Shown here: positions 37,668 through 48,064 of the stretch, piece after piece
How the letters are laid out: each line of letters starts with the position of its first letter
How positions within the stretch are numbered: the stretch's first letter is position 1
Origin: an uncultured delta proteobacterium
Lineage (GTDB): Bacteria > Desulfobacterota > Binatia > Binatales > Binataceae
NCBI GenBank assembly: GCA_963749215.1
Contig: CAVVMA010000015.1
Coordinates: 67,467 to 131,466, forward strand
Reading direction: 5' to 3'
DNA length: 64,000 bases
Position numbers and translations under genes: made by a program
Notes under the pieces: model-generated
Told to the model about the DNA's origin: nothing
Databases searched by the model: none
What the model saw: only the letters and a program-made list of their open reading frames with translations

Positions 37668-39992
37668 TTACGGCGCTTCGAGCGGCTTGGCGGGGCGGCG
37701 AGCGAAGCCCTTGAGGCGTTTGCGCTTGATTTTGCCCGCTTCCTTCTTGCGCCGCTCTACCATATCGATCAGGAACTGCTGGCAGCTTACGGCTTTCTCC
37801 GAGGTGACCGGCCGGACATAGCTGCCGTCGGATCGCATCTCCCACGCGCATCGGTTGGGACTCAGTTGACAGTCGAGTACCGCGCGGAGCTCCTGGCGGA
37901 GCGCCGGGTCCTCGACCGGCACCACGACTTCGACCCGGCTCTCCAGGTTGCGCTTCATCAGATCCGCCGAGCCGATGAGATATTCTTCCGCGCCGCCGTT
38001 GCGGAAATAATAGATGCGTCCGTGCTCCAGGAATCGGCCGACGATACTGACGACGCGGATATTTTCCGAAAGTCCCGGCAGGCCGGGACGCAGCTCGCAG
38101 GTGTCGCGCACGATAAGGTCGACCTTCACCCCGGCCTGGGAGGCGCGGTACAGAGCCCGCGTGATCTCCGCGTCTTCGAGCGCGTTGACCTTGACCTGGA
38201 TCAGTCCGGGCGAAGCCGCCGAGCGCGCATTGATTTCACGCTCGATCTTGCCGAGCAGCGTCTTTTTGAGAATCGCAGGGGCCGGAAGAATCCTGCGGTA
38301 GGTGCGATCGGGCGTGTAACCGGTGGTGAGATAGTTGAACAGTTGGGTCAGGTCCTGCCCGATCGTTTCATCGCAGGTGAGCAGGCCGAAGTCGGCATAG
38401 ATGCGGGCCGTTCCCGGATGGTAGTTGCCGGTCCCAATATGCGCGTAGCGGCGCAGCCCGTTGTAGTCCTGCCGCACCACCAGGATCACCTTGCAGTGGG
38501 TCTTGAGCCCGACCACCCCGTAGGTGACATGGATGCCGAAGTCTTCGAGCCGGTTGGCGAAGCGGATATTGGCCGCCTCGTCGAAGCGCGCCTTCAGTTC
38601 CACGACCACCGCCACTTGCTTGCCGTTGCTGGCCGCGTTGCAGAGGTAGCCGATCAGCTCGGAGTCGGCCGAGGTCCGGTAGAGCGTCATCTTGATCGCG
38701 CGGACTTTGGGATCCTCGCTGGCCTCGCGCAGGAAGCGCCCGACCGAGGTGGAGAACGACTCGTACGGATGGAGCAGCAGCAACGAGCCCGCTTCGCGCA
38801 GGATATGGAAGATGCTCCGCGAGCGCGGGAGGCGCGGATGGTCGATCGGATGGTGCGGCGGATAATGCAGGGCAGGATCGTCGATCGCGGTCAGCTCCAT
38901 CAGGTCCCGCATCGCGATCATGCCGGCGGTCTCGAACACGTCGTCGCGCTCGTCCAATCCCAGCTCCGACGCCAGCATCCCGCGATGCAGCGGGTCCATC
39001 CCCGTGGCGACCTCGAGCCGCACGATCGGGGCGAAGCGGCGATCCCGGAGCTCGGACTCGATCATCGCGAGCAGGTCGTCGGCCTCTTCCTCGTCGCGCT
39101 CGGTGTTCGCATTGCGCGTCACCCGGAAGAATTCGCACGAAATCACGTTCATGCCGGGGAACAACAGGTCGAGGTTGCGCGCGATTACGTTCTCGAGCGC
39201 AACGAAGCGGTTGCTCTTGCCGACTCGCAGGAAGCGCGCGATTCCGAATCCGAGCGGCGCCTTGACCCTGGCCAGCGACTGCTCGGAGTCGTCGCCGCGC
39301 CTGAGCGTCACGAGCAGGTTGAACGCCAGGTTCGAGACGAACGGAAACGGATGCGCAGGATCCATCGCCTGAGGCGTGACGAGCGGAAAGATATTCTTCA
39401 GGTAGTATTCGCGCAGCGACTGCTGTTCCTCGACGGATAGCTGATCGTAGCCGGCGATCTCGATGCCGCGCGCTTTGAGGAGTCCGAGCAGCACCGGCAG
39501 CACTTCGCGTTGATGCTGCTCGATCTCGCGGACCAGCGCGTACGACTCCGCGATCTGTTGCTGCGGTGTGCGCCCGTCGATCGTAAGCTGGTGCACGCCG
39601 GCGACGGCCTGCTGCTTCAGGCCGCCGATACGCTTCATGAAAAACTCGTCCAGGTTGCTCGCGCTGATCGCGAGGAACTTGAGCCGCTCCAGCAGCGGGT
39701 TGGTTTCGTCCTCGGCCTCGCTGACTACGCGGCGATTGAACGCGAGCCAGGTGAGCTCGCGGTTGAGGTAGAGCTCGGGCGAGTCGAGGTTCGCAACGTT
39801 GGGCGCCGCCGGCGCGGCTATGGCGCCGTCCTTCCGGGCCGCGCCGTCGCTCCGCCCGTCGCGAACCGCGGCCTTTCCGTCAGGCTGGGGAGCCGCGCTC
39901 GTAGAAGCGGCCGCGGCGACGCCGCCATTCGGCGACGCCGCAGCCGTCGACACCGCGCCTGCCGTCTCCCTTTTTTCTATCTGGTTGGGCAC
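37668..39992 (-). CDS. ppk: Polyphosphate kinase 1
   Basis: YLNRELTWLAFNRRV, FFMKRIGGLK, TGNYHPGTARIYADFGLLT, GSADLMKRNL. Confidence 0.93.
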   Translation of the reverse strand: MPNQIEKRETAGAVSTAAASPNGGVAAAASTSAAPQPDGKAAVRDGRSDGAARKDGAIAAPAAPNVANLDSPELYLNRELTWLAFNRRVVSEAEDETNPLLERLKFLAISASNLDEFFMKRIGGLKQQAVAGVHQLTIDGRTPQQQIAESYALVREIEQHQREVLPVLLGLLKARGIEIAGYDQLSVEEQQSLREYYLKNIFPLVTPQAMDPAHPFPFVSNLAFNLLVTLRRGDDSEQSLARVKAPLGFGIARFLRVGKSNRFVALENVIARNLDLLFPGMNVISCEFFRVTRNANTERDEEEADDLLAMIESELRDRRFAPIVRLEVATGMDPLHRGMLASELGLDERDDVFETAGMIAMRDLMELTAIDDPALHYPPHHPIDHPRLPRSRSIFHILREAGSLLLLHPYESFSTSVGRFLREASEDPKVRAIKMTLYRTSADSELIGYLCNAASNGKQVAVVVELKARFDEAANIRFANRLEDFGIHVTYGVVGLKTHCKVILVVRQDYNGLRRYAHIGTGNYHPGTARIYADFGLLTCDETIGQDLTQLFNYLTTGYTPDRTYRRILPAPAILKKTLLGKIEREINARSAASPGLIQVKVNALEDAEITRALYRASQAGVKVDLIVRDTCELRPGLPGLSENIRVVSIVGRFLEHGRIYYFRNGGAEEYLIGSADLMKRNLESRVEVVVPVEDPALRQELRAVLDCQLSPNRCAWEMRSDGSYVRPVTSEKAVSCQQFLIDMVERRKKEAGKIKRKRLKGFARRPAKPLEAP

Positions 39993-40096
39993 GAGACACG
40001 CCTCAGGGCCATTCTAGGCGATTTGCGCGACGCAAGTCACACGGCGGCAGGTTGGCGCCCGGTTAACGCAACGTGAACCAGACAAGAGCCGCTCCG

Positions 40097-40122
40097 CCTC
40101 TCCCGCAACAAAGCGGGAGAGG
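40097..40122. repeat. REP-like GC hairpin (CCTCTCCCGC / GCGGGAGAGG)
   Basis: 10-bp perfect stem, 6-nt loop, TTTT follows on the + strand. Intergenic. Confidence 0.7.
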
Positions 40123-40151
40123 TTTTCGCTGCGCAAGATTTGGAAACCCGT

Positions 40152-41111
40152 TCAGCGCGGGCGGACTTGGGGGATGACCTCTTCGGCGAAGCGCTGGACT
40201 TCGTCGGTCGGATAGGGGGCCAACAGCATGAAGATGAAATGGGTGACGCCCGCTTTGGTATAGCGCTCGATCGTGTCGAGGCATTCCTGGCGATCGCCGA
40301 CCATCATCTGTTCGCGCGCTTTTTCGGGCGTGGTCTGCGCCATCGCGCTGACGACCATCGTCATCATCGACTCGCGCTCTTTCGGCGCGTGATAACAAAG
40401 CGCCATCGCCGCGGTCTTCTCGATCTCTTCTGCGTCGCGCCCGACCGAGTCCCCGTGGCGGCGGATTATGTCGATCAGCTCGCCGGTTCGCTTCGCCGTG
40501 AGATTCGGCGAGTTCCACATGTCGGCATGCCGCGCGACTATCTTGAGGAGAACCTTCTCGCCCTGGCCGCCGATCATGATCGGCGGATACGGCTTCTGGA
40601 GCGGCTTCGGATTACATACCGCGTCGGTCACCCGGTAATGCTTGCCGTGGAGGGTGGTTTTATCCTGCGTGAACATACCCTTAATAATTTGGCACGCTTC
40701 ATCGAGGGCCTGCAGGCGTTGGGGCACCGGCTTGAATTCGATCCCGAAGCTCTGATGCTCGAACTCGAACCATCCCGAGCCGATTCCAAGATTAAGGCGG
40801 CCGCCGCTCAGATGGTCCAGCGTCGCAGCCATCTTGGCGGTGATGCACGGATTACGGTACCCGTTCCCGTTCACCAGCGCGCCGATCCGAGCCCGCCTGG
40901 TCTGCTGGCTCAGCGCGGACAGAAGCGTCCAGCCTTCAAGGCAAGGACCGGCCGGGTCGGGAACGAAGATCGGATAGAAGTGGTCGTAGACCCAGAGCGA
41001 GTCGTAACCCCATTCGTCGGCCTTGCGCCAAAGATCGGCGATCTCTTTCCAGGCCACCATTTGCTGGCCGGTCTGGAGTCCAAAACGGATCGGATGTCGG
41101 GTCATAGTCAC
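40152..41111 (-). CDS. LLM-class (luciferase-like) flavin/F420-dependent oxidoreductase
   Basis: IRFGLQTGQQ..WGYDSLWVYDHF, GRLNLGIGSGW, PPIMIGGQGEK. Confidence 0.8.
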   Translation of the reverse strand: MTMTRHPIRFGLQTGQQMVAWKEIADLWRKADEWGYDSLWVYDHFYPIFVPDPAGPCLEGWTLLSALSQQTRRARIGALVNGNGYRNPCITAKMAATLDHLSGGRLNLGIGSGWFEFEHQSFGIEFKPVPQRLQALDEACQIIKGMFTQDKTTLHGKHYRVTDAVCNPKPLQKPYPPIMIGGQGEKVLLKIVARHADMWNSPNLTAKRTGELIDIIRRHGDSVGRDAEEIEKTAAMALCYHAPKERESMMTMVVSAMAQTTPEKAREQMMVGDRQECLDTIERYTKAGVTHFIFMLLAPYPTDEVQRFAEEVIPQVRPR

Positions 41112-41262
41112 TCATCCTCCGACGCGGGCCACTGAAGCGGCTCCGCTTTCTCAGGCGGCGGATCGGGAATTCCGTCAGGATAGTCCTGCGGCAACCGAGG
41201 CGCCCCCGCAAAGTAGTCCTTCCAGGAGCGTGGCGTTTGAGGAAAGCCCATACCACCCGCGA

Positions 41263-42339
41263 TCAGCGCCGGAAGTTCCGGCGATAGACCATGTAATTGG
41301 CGCACACGTAAGCGCCGAGCTTTTCGGCCGTCCGGCGCGACGGCCAGTTGTCGTCGAGCACCAGCGTGTAGCTCAGGTACTTCGCGCCGCGCCGAATCAG
41401 TTCTAGATACGAATACGCCGCCATCGCGAGATTGACACCCCGCCCCCGCGCCGCCTCGCGCACGCCGATACCAAGAAAGTTGAGCTTCTCGGCGTCGTCG
41501 AGCACGCGGCCGGGTTTCAGCACGGCGCCTTCGGAAGTTTCCGGCGTGACCAGCACGATTCCGACCGGCGCGCCGTTTTGATAGGCAAGCACGGAAGTCT
41601 CGAGCCCGCCGGTCATCCCGTAAAAGCTCAGCATCAAGCCGAGTTCTTCTTCGGTGAAAGGCGTGAACCCCCAATGGGTCTTGAAGGTGTCGTTGAAAGT
41701 GTCGGTGACTTGCGGAATGCGGCGCGCCTCGGCGACGTCCTTGAGCGGCGCGATCTCGAACCCGCCCCTGAGCGCCGCTTCAAGCGCGCTCTTGTAACGC
41801 GCGATCAATTCAGGCGCGATGCGGACCTTGTAGTCGACCCAGCCCTTTTCCGACTCGAAGCCGGCGTCCTTGAGCAGGCAATGGTAGTAGGCGGGATTGT
41901 GACGCACCAGGCTGGACGGCAGCGATTCGTAGTCGTCGATCGCGAAGGGAAAATCCAGCAGCCCGAATCCGGCGCGTGCCGCCTCGACATTATGACCGCG
42001 CAGCCATTCGCACGCCCGATCCATCATCATCTTCACCGCCGCGGCCGTATCGGGCATCGCCTCGAACATCGTGAGGTGCCCCAATCGCTCGCGCCAATGA
42101 CGGTTGTAATGCTCGTCGACCACGGCGAGCGCGCGGGCCACGACCTTTTCGCCGTCACGCACCAGAAAGGGGCGGATCGTGCGGCCGGCGGCGAACGGAC
42201 TCTCGCCGGTCAGCACGGGCAGCAGCAAGGGAACCAGCGCCGGCCATCGCGCACTGCGATTCTGGTAGACGGTATCCTGGAAAAGGATGAACTCGCTGAG
42301 CGCGTCGATCCCTTCGGGCGTTTCGAGTCTGAGGGTCAT
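41263..42339 (-). CDS. GNAT-family N-acetyltransferase-like protein
   Basis: LGIGVREAARGRGVNLAMAAYSYLELIRRGAKY..NWPSRRTAEKLGA. Start at ATG 42339. Confidence 0.6.
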   Translation of the reverse strand: MTLRLETPEGIDALSEFILFQDTVYQNRSARWPALVPLLLPVLTGESPFAAGRTIRPFLVRDGEKVVARALAVVDEHYNRHWRERLGHLTMFEAMPDTAAAVKMMMDRACEWLRGHNVEAARAGFGLLDFPFAIDDYESLPSSLVRHNPAYYHCLLKDAGFESEKGWVDYKVRIAPELIARYKSALEAALRGGFEIAPLKDVAEARRIPQVTDTFNDTFKTHWGFTPFTEEELGLMLSFYGMTGGLETSVLAYQNGAPVGIVLVTPETSEGAVLKPGRVLDDAEKLNFLGIGVREAARGRGVNLAMAAYSYLELIRRGAKYLSYTLVLDDNWPSRRTAEKLGAYVCANYMVYRRNFRR

Positions 42340-42444
42340 ATGTGTCGCGCGGCGAACCGCGCGCTGGAAACGACTTTGCCCGACTTGAGCCTTACGCCGC
42401 AAGCCTGACGACAAGATTGCGCCGAGGATAAGGCCCGGGCGCGG

Positions 42445-42825
42445 TTACGCCTGAGCGAGTCTCGCCGCGCGCGCCAGCCGCTCGTCGAAGGTGAGCAGTT
42501 CGCATCCAAGATTTCGCGCGAGCCAGAGGTAAGAGGCGTCGTAGGCGGTGAGGCCGGTTTCGAGAGCAAGCGGAAGCAGGGCGGAAGACGAAACAGCCTC
42601 CAGCGCGACATCGATGGCAAGCGCGACATTGAGATCGCTTGCTATGGTCAATCCCTGCTGGGGATGCATCCGGGTCTTGTGCAATGCGGCGCTACAAAGC
42701 TCGTACGGCAGAAGGTTGGGCGCATGCAGTGCGACGCCGGCTATGAGCTCGCGGGCCTCAGCGGCTCTGGGTTCTCCGAATGCAAAAGCGATCAACACGG
42801 ATGCGTCGACAACTTTATCGAGCAT
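42445..42825 (-). CDS. vapC: PIN-domain VapC-type toxin
   Basis: MLDKVVDASVLIA..LLPYEL..AYDASYLWLA..LLTFDERL. Overlaps the upstream antitoxin by 11 nt. Confidence 0.85.
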   Translation of the reverse strand: MLDKVVDASVLIAFAFGEPRAAEARELIAGVALHAPNLLPYELCSAALHKTRMHPQQGLTIASDLNVALAIDVALEAVSSSALLPLALETGLTAYDASYLWLARNLGCELLTFDERLARAARLAQA

Positions 42826-43051
42826 CGCGGTCCGCGCGAATAATCGCGGTGCCCTCGTCCGGTGTTTGGAGGCCGCTCGCCTGGATCCGCTCCCAAGCCT
42901 CGGAGACCGTCAAGCGATGTTCCGATCCCAAGGCATTCTCCAGGATCGTCAGCAGCTCGCCCTGCACCGATCGATGGTTGATCTCGGCGCGGCGGCGAAG
43001 CCGCTTCGCCAGCTTGTCGGGCACGTTCTTGATCGATAGATTCACGGGCAT
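42815..43051 (-). CDS. RHH (FitA/Arc-like) antitoxin
   Basis: MPVNLSIKNVPDKLAKRLRRRAEINHRSVQGELLTILE. Confidence 0.8.
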   Translation of the reverse strand: MPVNLSIKNVPDKLAKRLRRRAEINHRSVQGELLTILENALGSEHRLTVSEAWERIQASGLQTPDEGTAIIRADRDAR

Positions 43052-43209
43052 GGCCGATTGCCTCCGCGACGGTTCCATTTTGGAGCCATTTTAGAACCAC
43101 AATCCGGAAATTGCCAGTCGTCCGAATGCGCCCGCCGCGTGAGGCGGTGTCCGCCAGCGCGTCGCAGGCCATATGCGAATCTCCGTGCGGGCCGCTAATA
43201 TAGCCTCGT

Positions 43210-45858
43210 ATGCATTGGACCACCGACAGAATCCGCCAGTCCTTTCTGGACTTCTTCAAGGAGCGAGGCCATCGGATCGTTCCCTCCGCGTCGCTAATCC
43301 CCAAGGGCGACCCGACGCTGCTGTTCACCAACGCCGGGATGAACCAGTTCAAGGACTATTTCCAGGGCGTGCGCACGCCGCCATCGCCGCGCGTCGCCGA
43401 CTGTCAGAAATGCCTGCGCATTTCGGGCAAGCATAACGACTTTGATGCGGTCGGCCGCGACACCTACCATCACACGTTCTTCGAGATGCTCGGCAACTGG
43501 TCGTTCGGCGATTACTACAAGGCCGAGGCGATTCCGTGGCATTGGGAACTCGTCACCAAGGTCTGGGGAATCGACCCGAAGCTGCTGTACGCAACGGTCT
43601 ACAAGGACGATGACGACGCCGAGCAGATTTGGAACAAGCTCGGCGTCTTGCACCATCCGGTGCTCCGCTTCGACAAGGATAATTTCTGGCAGATGGGCGA
43701 CACCGGTCCGTGCGGACCTAGCTCGGAGATCACTATCGACCGGGGTGAGAAGGCCTGCGATGGCCGGCCGCATCCAGGCCAGCGATGCTTCGTCAACGTC
43801 GACGGCTGCGAGCGCTTCATCGAGCTGGGCAATCTGGTCTTTATCCAGTACGACCGCGACGAGTCGGGCAAGCTGACGCCGCTGCCGATGAAGTGCGTCG
43901 ATACGGGCACGGGTCTGGAGCGGGTCGCGGCAGTGTTGCAGGGGATCGAGCAGGGCAGGGTGATCGGGAACTACGAGACCGACGTTTTCCAAAGGCTCAT
44001 CCGGCGGATCGAAGAAGTTGGGAGAGAGCTGGGGAAGCCGTGCTTGTATGGAATCGACGCGAACAAAGACGTCGCGTTCCGGGCGATAGCTGACCATTCG
44101 CGGGCGATGAGTTTCCTTATCGCGGATGGCATCCTGCCCGGCAATACCGAACGAGAATACATTGTGCGCCGCCTGATTCGCCGCGCTGTCCGTCACGGGA
44201 ACAAGCTTGGTTTGAGCGAAGTGTTCCTATGGCATATCTGCCAGGAAGTCGTTGCAGCGATGGGCGGCGCTTACCCGGAGCTGCGCGAGCACTCCCGGCA
44301 AATCACCGAAGCAGTGTCCAGCGAAGCAATGAAGTTCGGCGAAACCCTCGGTCGCGGAATGGAGTTGTTATCCGAGTGGCGTAGCCGCCAGCGCACCATC
44401 AAGAGCTCACGTTTTCCGGCCGACATTGCCTTTCAACTGCACGATACTTTCGGGTTCCCGATCGATCTCACTCAGGACATCCTCAGAGACGAAGGGTTCA
44501 CGGTCGACGTTGAGGGCTTCGAGCGTCTGATGGGCGAGCAGCGCGAGCGTGGCCGTAGCGCGCGCAAAGACGACGTGGCCGCGCCCGAGCTCAAGCTCGG
44601 CGCCGGCGCCGTATCGCGCTTCGTCGGCCATCGCGGCTACGACGCTCAGTCGGAGATTCTAGCCAGCGGCGGCGATTCGAGCGATCGCGTTACCGTGGTC
44701 GTTGCCGAGACTCCCTTTTATCCCGAAGGCGGCGGGCAGGTCGGCGATCGCGGCGCGATCGAGACCGACCGCGGCGCGATTCTCGAAGTGCTCGACACCC
44801 GCAAGGCCGACGGCGCGATCGCGCATGTCGGCAAAATCCTCAAGGGTGCGCCCGGCGACTTTGCCAGGGGCGCGCGCGTGACGCTCAAGGTCGATCGCGC
44901 GCGGCGCGACGCTGCGATGCTCAACCATTCGGCGACCCATATCCTGCATTACGCGCTGCGCGAAATCCTTGGCGCGAGCGTCCATCAGGCGGGCTCGATG
45001 GTCGCGCCCGAGCGGTTGCGCTTCGACTTCTACTACAAAGGCCCCGTGGCGGATAGCGAGCTCGCGACGATCGAAGAGGAGATCAACGCGCGGATTCGCG
45101 AGGATGCCGCAGTGGCGACCGAAGAGATGGCCTACGACGACGCGATCAAGGCGGGAGCGCTGGCGTTCTTCGACGACAAGTACGGCGATGTCGTCCGCGT
45201 CGTACGGATGGGCGATTTTTCCGTCGAATTGTGCGGCGGCACGCACGTCGATCGCACCGGCCAGGTCGGCCTCTTCAAGCTCGACGGGGAATCGGGCGTG
45301 GCCGCCGGCGTGCGCAGAATCGAGGCTTTCACCGGCCAGGGCGCGCTCGAAGCGATCCGGCGCCGCGAGAAAATTCTGGAGCAGATCTCCAGTCAACTCG
45401 GCGCGCGCGACGCCGCTGCGCTCGAGCGGCTGGAACGCATCCTGGCGCGCGAGAAGGAAATGGAAAAGAAGCTGCGCGCGCTGGAACAGAAACTGGTTTC
45501 AGGCGATCATGGCGGCGGCGACGAGCAGGTGCGCGAAATTGCCGGCGGAGTGAAAGTGATCGTTCGCAAGGTTGCGGGGCTCGAGCCCGGCGCGATGCGC
45601 TCGATGGCCGACCAGATGCGCGAGAAACATCGCTCCGCCGTGATCGCGATCGGCTCCGACCTGGGCGACAAGGTTGCGCTCCTGGTCGCGGTGACGCCCG
45701 ACCTGATCTCCAGGTTCAGGGCGGGGGATATCATCAGGCAGATTGCGCCGATCGTCGGCGGTTCGGGCGGCGGCAAACCCGAGTTGGCGCAGGCCGGCGG
45801 AAAAGATCCCACCAAACTGGACCAGGCGCTCGAACGACTCTTCGAAATCGTCGCCTGA
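43210..45858 (+). CDS. alaS: Alanine--tRNA ligase
   Basis: [56 protein letters not shown]-terminal [13 protein letters not shown]. Confidence 0.97.
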   Translation: MHWTTDRIRQSFLDFFKERGHRIVPSASLIPKGDPTLLFTNAGMNQFKDYFQGVRTPPSPRVADCQKCLRISGKHNDFDAVGRDTYHHTFFEMLGNWSFGDYYKAEAIPWHWELVTKVWGIDPKLLYATVYKDDDDAEQIWNKLGVLHHPVLRFDKDNFWQMGDTGPCGPSSEITIDRGEKACDGRPHPGQRCFVNVDGCERFIELGNLVFIQYDRDESGKLTPLPMKCVDTGTGLERVAAVLQGIEQGRVIGNYETDVFQRLIRRIEEVGRELGKPCLYGIDANKDVAFRAIADHSRAMSFLIADGILPGNTEREYIVRRLIRRAVRHGNKLGLSEVFLWHICQEVVAAMGGAYPELREHSRQITEAVSSEAMKFGETLGRGMELLSEWRSRQRTIKSSRFPADIAFQLHDTFGFPIDLTQDILRDEGFTVDVEGFERLMGEQRERGRSARKDDVAAPELKLGAGAVSRFVGHRGYDAQSEILASGGDSSDRVTVVVAETPFYPEGGGQVGDRGAIETDRGAILEVLDTRKADGAIAHVGKILKGAPGDFARGARVTLKVDRARRDAAMLNHSATHILHYALREILGASVHQAGSMVAPERLRFDFYYKGPVADSELATIEEEINARIREDAAVATEEMAYDDAIKAGALAFFDDKYGDVVRVVRMGDFSVELCGGTHVDRTGQVGLFKLDGESGVAAGVRRIEAFTGQGALEAIRRREKILEQISSQLGARDAAALERLERILAREKEMEKKLRALEQKLVSGDHGGGDEQVREIAGGVKVIVRKVAGLEPGAMRSMADQMREKHRSAVIAIGSDLGDKVALLVAVTPDLISRFRAGDIIRQIAPIVGGSGGGKPELAQAGGKDPTKLDQALERLFEIVA

Positions 45859-45891
45859 TCCAATTCGCGCGCTGGCAACAAGGAACCCAAG

Positions 45892-46974
45892 ATGGCTACA
45901 ATCGAGGCGCCACTGGACGCGGCCGACGGACCGCCCAACCTATCGAGAGGCGAGAGCGATATTTCCCAGCTAGCCAGCGAAGACTCGCTCGAACTCCACT
46001 TCGACGACCCTCGGCATTTCACGGCCCTGGTCGGCCAGCACGACGCCCATATCCGGACGATCGAGCAGGCGCTCGGCGTCAGAGTCGGCGTCAGCGGCAC
46101 CTCGCTCAAGATTACCGGCGGCCATGCCCAGCAGGCGCTGGCCGGAAAGCTGCTGAGCGAGCTCTACGAGATGCTCAAGCGGGGCCATCAGATCTATCCG
46201 AGCGATGTGGAGTACTCGATTCGGATCCTGCGCGGCGATCGCAACGTCGATCTCAAGGAAATCTTCCTCGACACGGTCTACATCTCGGCGAACAAGCATG
46301 TCATCTCGCCCAAGAGCGTTCATCAGAAGCTCTATATCGAGGCGATTCGCAAGCACGATATCGTGTTCGGGATCGGCCCGGCCGGAACCGGCAAAACCTA
46401 TCTGGCGATGGCGATGGCGCTGGCGGCGCTGATGAAGAACCAGGTCACGCGCATGGTGCTGTGCCGTCCGGCGGTCGAAGCCGGCGAGCGGCTGGGCTTC
46501 CTGCCCGGCGATCTGGCGGAGAAGGTCAATCCTTACCTGAGGCCGCTTTACGACGCGCTGCACGACATGGTGGATTTCGACCGCGCGCGCCGGATGCTCG
46601 AACGCGGGACGATCGAGGTGGCGCCGCTGGCGTTCATGCGCGGCCGTACGCTGAACGATTCGTTCATAATTCTCGACGAAGCCCAGAACACCACCTCCGA
46701 GCAGATGAAGATGTTCCTCACCCGGCTTGGCTACAGCTCCAAGGCCGTGATCACCGGCGACATTACCCAGATTGACCTGCCGAGCGGCAAGCTCTCGGGC
46801 CTCAAGGAAGCACGCACGGTGCTTGGCAGCACGCCGGGTATCGCCTTCGTGCATTTCGATCAGCGCGACGTCGTGCGCCATCGCCTGGTCCAGGCGATCA
46901 TAACCGCCTACGAATCGGCCAGCGGCGAACCGCCCCTGCCGGAAACCGGGAACACCGGCGCCTCCGGGGGCTAG
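45892..46974 (+). CDS. PhoH-family ATPase (YbeZ-like)
   Basis: [50 protein letters not shown]. Confidence 0.93.
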   Translation: MATIEAPLDAADGPPNLSRGESDISQLASEDSLELHFDDPRHFTALVGQHDAHIRTIEQALGVRVGVSGTSLKITGGHAQQALAGKLLSELYEMLKRGHQIYPSDVEYSIRILRGDRNVDLKEIFLDTVYISANKHVISPKSVHQKLYIEAIRKHDIVFGIGPAGTGKTYLAMAMALAALMKNQVTRMVLCRPAVEAGERLGFLPGDLAEKVNPYLRPLYDALHDMVDFDRARRMLERGTIEVAPLAFMRGRTLNDSFIILDEAQNTTSEQMKMFLTRLGYSSKAVITGDITQIDLPSGKLSGLKEARTVLGSTPGIAFVHFDQRDVVRHRLVQAIITAYESASGEPPLPETGNTGASGG

Positions 46975-46991
46975 GCCCTCGCGGGCGAGCG

Positions 46992-47510
46992 GTGCCGGTC
47001 GAAGTCAGATGCGATGCCACGCGCGGACAGAGCTATGCGCGCGGCTTGCGCTCCGATGCCGTGAGACTGATGCGCGCGCTTGAGCTCGACGGCTGCGAGC
47101 TTTCCCTGATGATCGTCGGTGACCGCGCGATTCGCAGCCTCAACCGCCGTTTTCGAATGAAGGACCGGTCGACCGACGTGCTGTCGTTCGCGCAACTCGA
47201 GGAGCAGGGCGGTAACGGCGCGTCGGTCGCAAAAGCGGCGGCGATCGCCCATCGCCGGGGAATCCTTCTGGGCGACGTGGTGATCTCCGTGGATACGGCG
47301 CTGCGCCAGGCGCGCCGCCTGCGCGTCGAGCCGGCGGCGCGCCTGCGCGCGCTCCTGATCCACGGGCTCCTCCATCTGCTCGGCTACGACCACGAGCGGT
47401 CGGCTGCCGAGGCGAAGCGGATGTTCGCGCGCGCGCGCGAACTGGCCGCGAAGCTGCCGCAGGCGCAGCGTCGCACTGCGAGTCGCGCCGTCCGGAGAAA
47501 GCCCCGATGA
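46992..47510 (+). CDS. ybeY: rRNA maturation RNase YbeY
   Basis: TDVLSF..HGLLHLLGYDHE. Confidence 0.9.
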   Translation: MPVEVRCDATRGQSYARGLRSDAVRLMRALELDGCELSLMIVGDRAIRSLNRRFRMKDRSTDVLSFAQLEEQGGNGASVAKAAAIAHRRGILLGDVVISVDTALRQARRLRVEPAARLRALLIHGLLHLLGYDHERSAAEAKRMFARARELAAKLPQAQRRTASRAVRRKPR

Positions 47511-48064
47511 ATCGCGATTCGCGCGTGCTGCCGTCGGGCGCGATGCTCACTCATTTCACGCGCGCCGCCGCCGCTTCGTCCGCTCTCGACAACCTGATCG
47601 CGATTTTGCGCGGCGGATTGATTCGCGGTTCGGAGCGCATGATCCGGGGCAAGCGGCCCGTCGTATGCCTGTTCGACGCGCCGCTGGCCGAACTGCACAA
47701 GCTGCTCGACCATCGCAACCGCCATCGCTACCAACCCTTCGGAATCGCGGTCGATAAGCGCTACGCTTTCAGGATGGGAGTCCGTCCGGTGGTCTACATG
47801 CCCTGGCGCGAAGCCGGGCAGATGCTGCCCGCCGATGAGCTCTGGCGGGTGGTGACGATCGACATGAATCGAACCCCTCCGATCGATTGGAGCTTCGAGC
47901 GCGAATGGCGAATCGCCGGCGACCTGCCGATCGAAGCCCGCCGCACCGTCGCGCTGGTCGAAACCTGGCGCGACGCCGACGAGGTCTTCGATCGTTTCAA
48001 CGGCCGCCCGCCCTGCGGCGGCGTGATCCCGCTCAGCGACCTGTTTGGATCGCGCCGGCTATGA
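47507..48064 (+). CDS. Hypothetical protein, AbiGi-like by motif pattern
   Basis: LTHFTRAAAASSALDNLIAILRGGLIRG..PVVCLFDAPL..YQPFGIAVDKRYAFRMGVRPVVY..SFEREWRI. ATGA overlaps with ybeY upstream and lnt downstream. Confidence 0.4.
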   Translation: MNRDSRVLPSGAMLTHFTRAAAASSALDNLIAILRGGLIRGSERMIRGKRPVVCLFDAPLAELHKLLDHRNRHRYQPFGIAVDKRYAFRMGVRPVVYMPWREAGQMLPADELWRVVTIDMNRTPPIDWSFEREWRIAGDLPIEARRTVALVETWRDADEVFDRFNGRPPCGGVIPLSDLFGSRRL

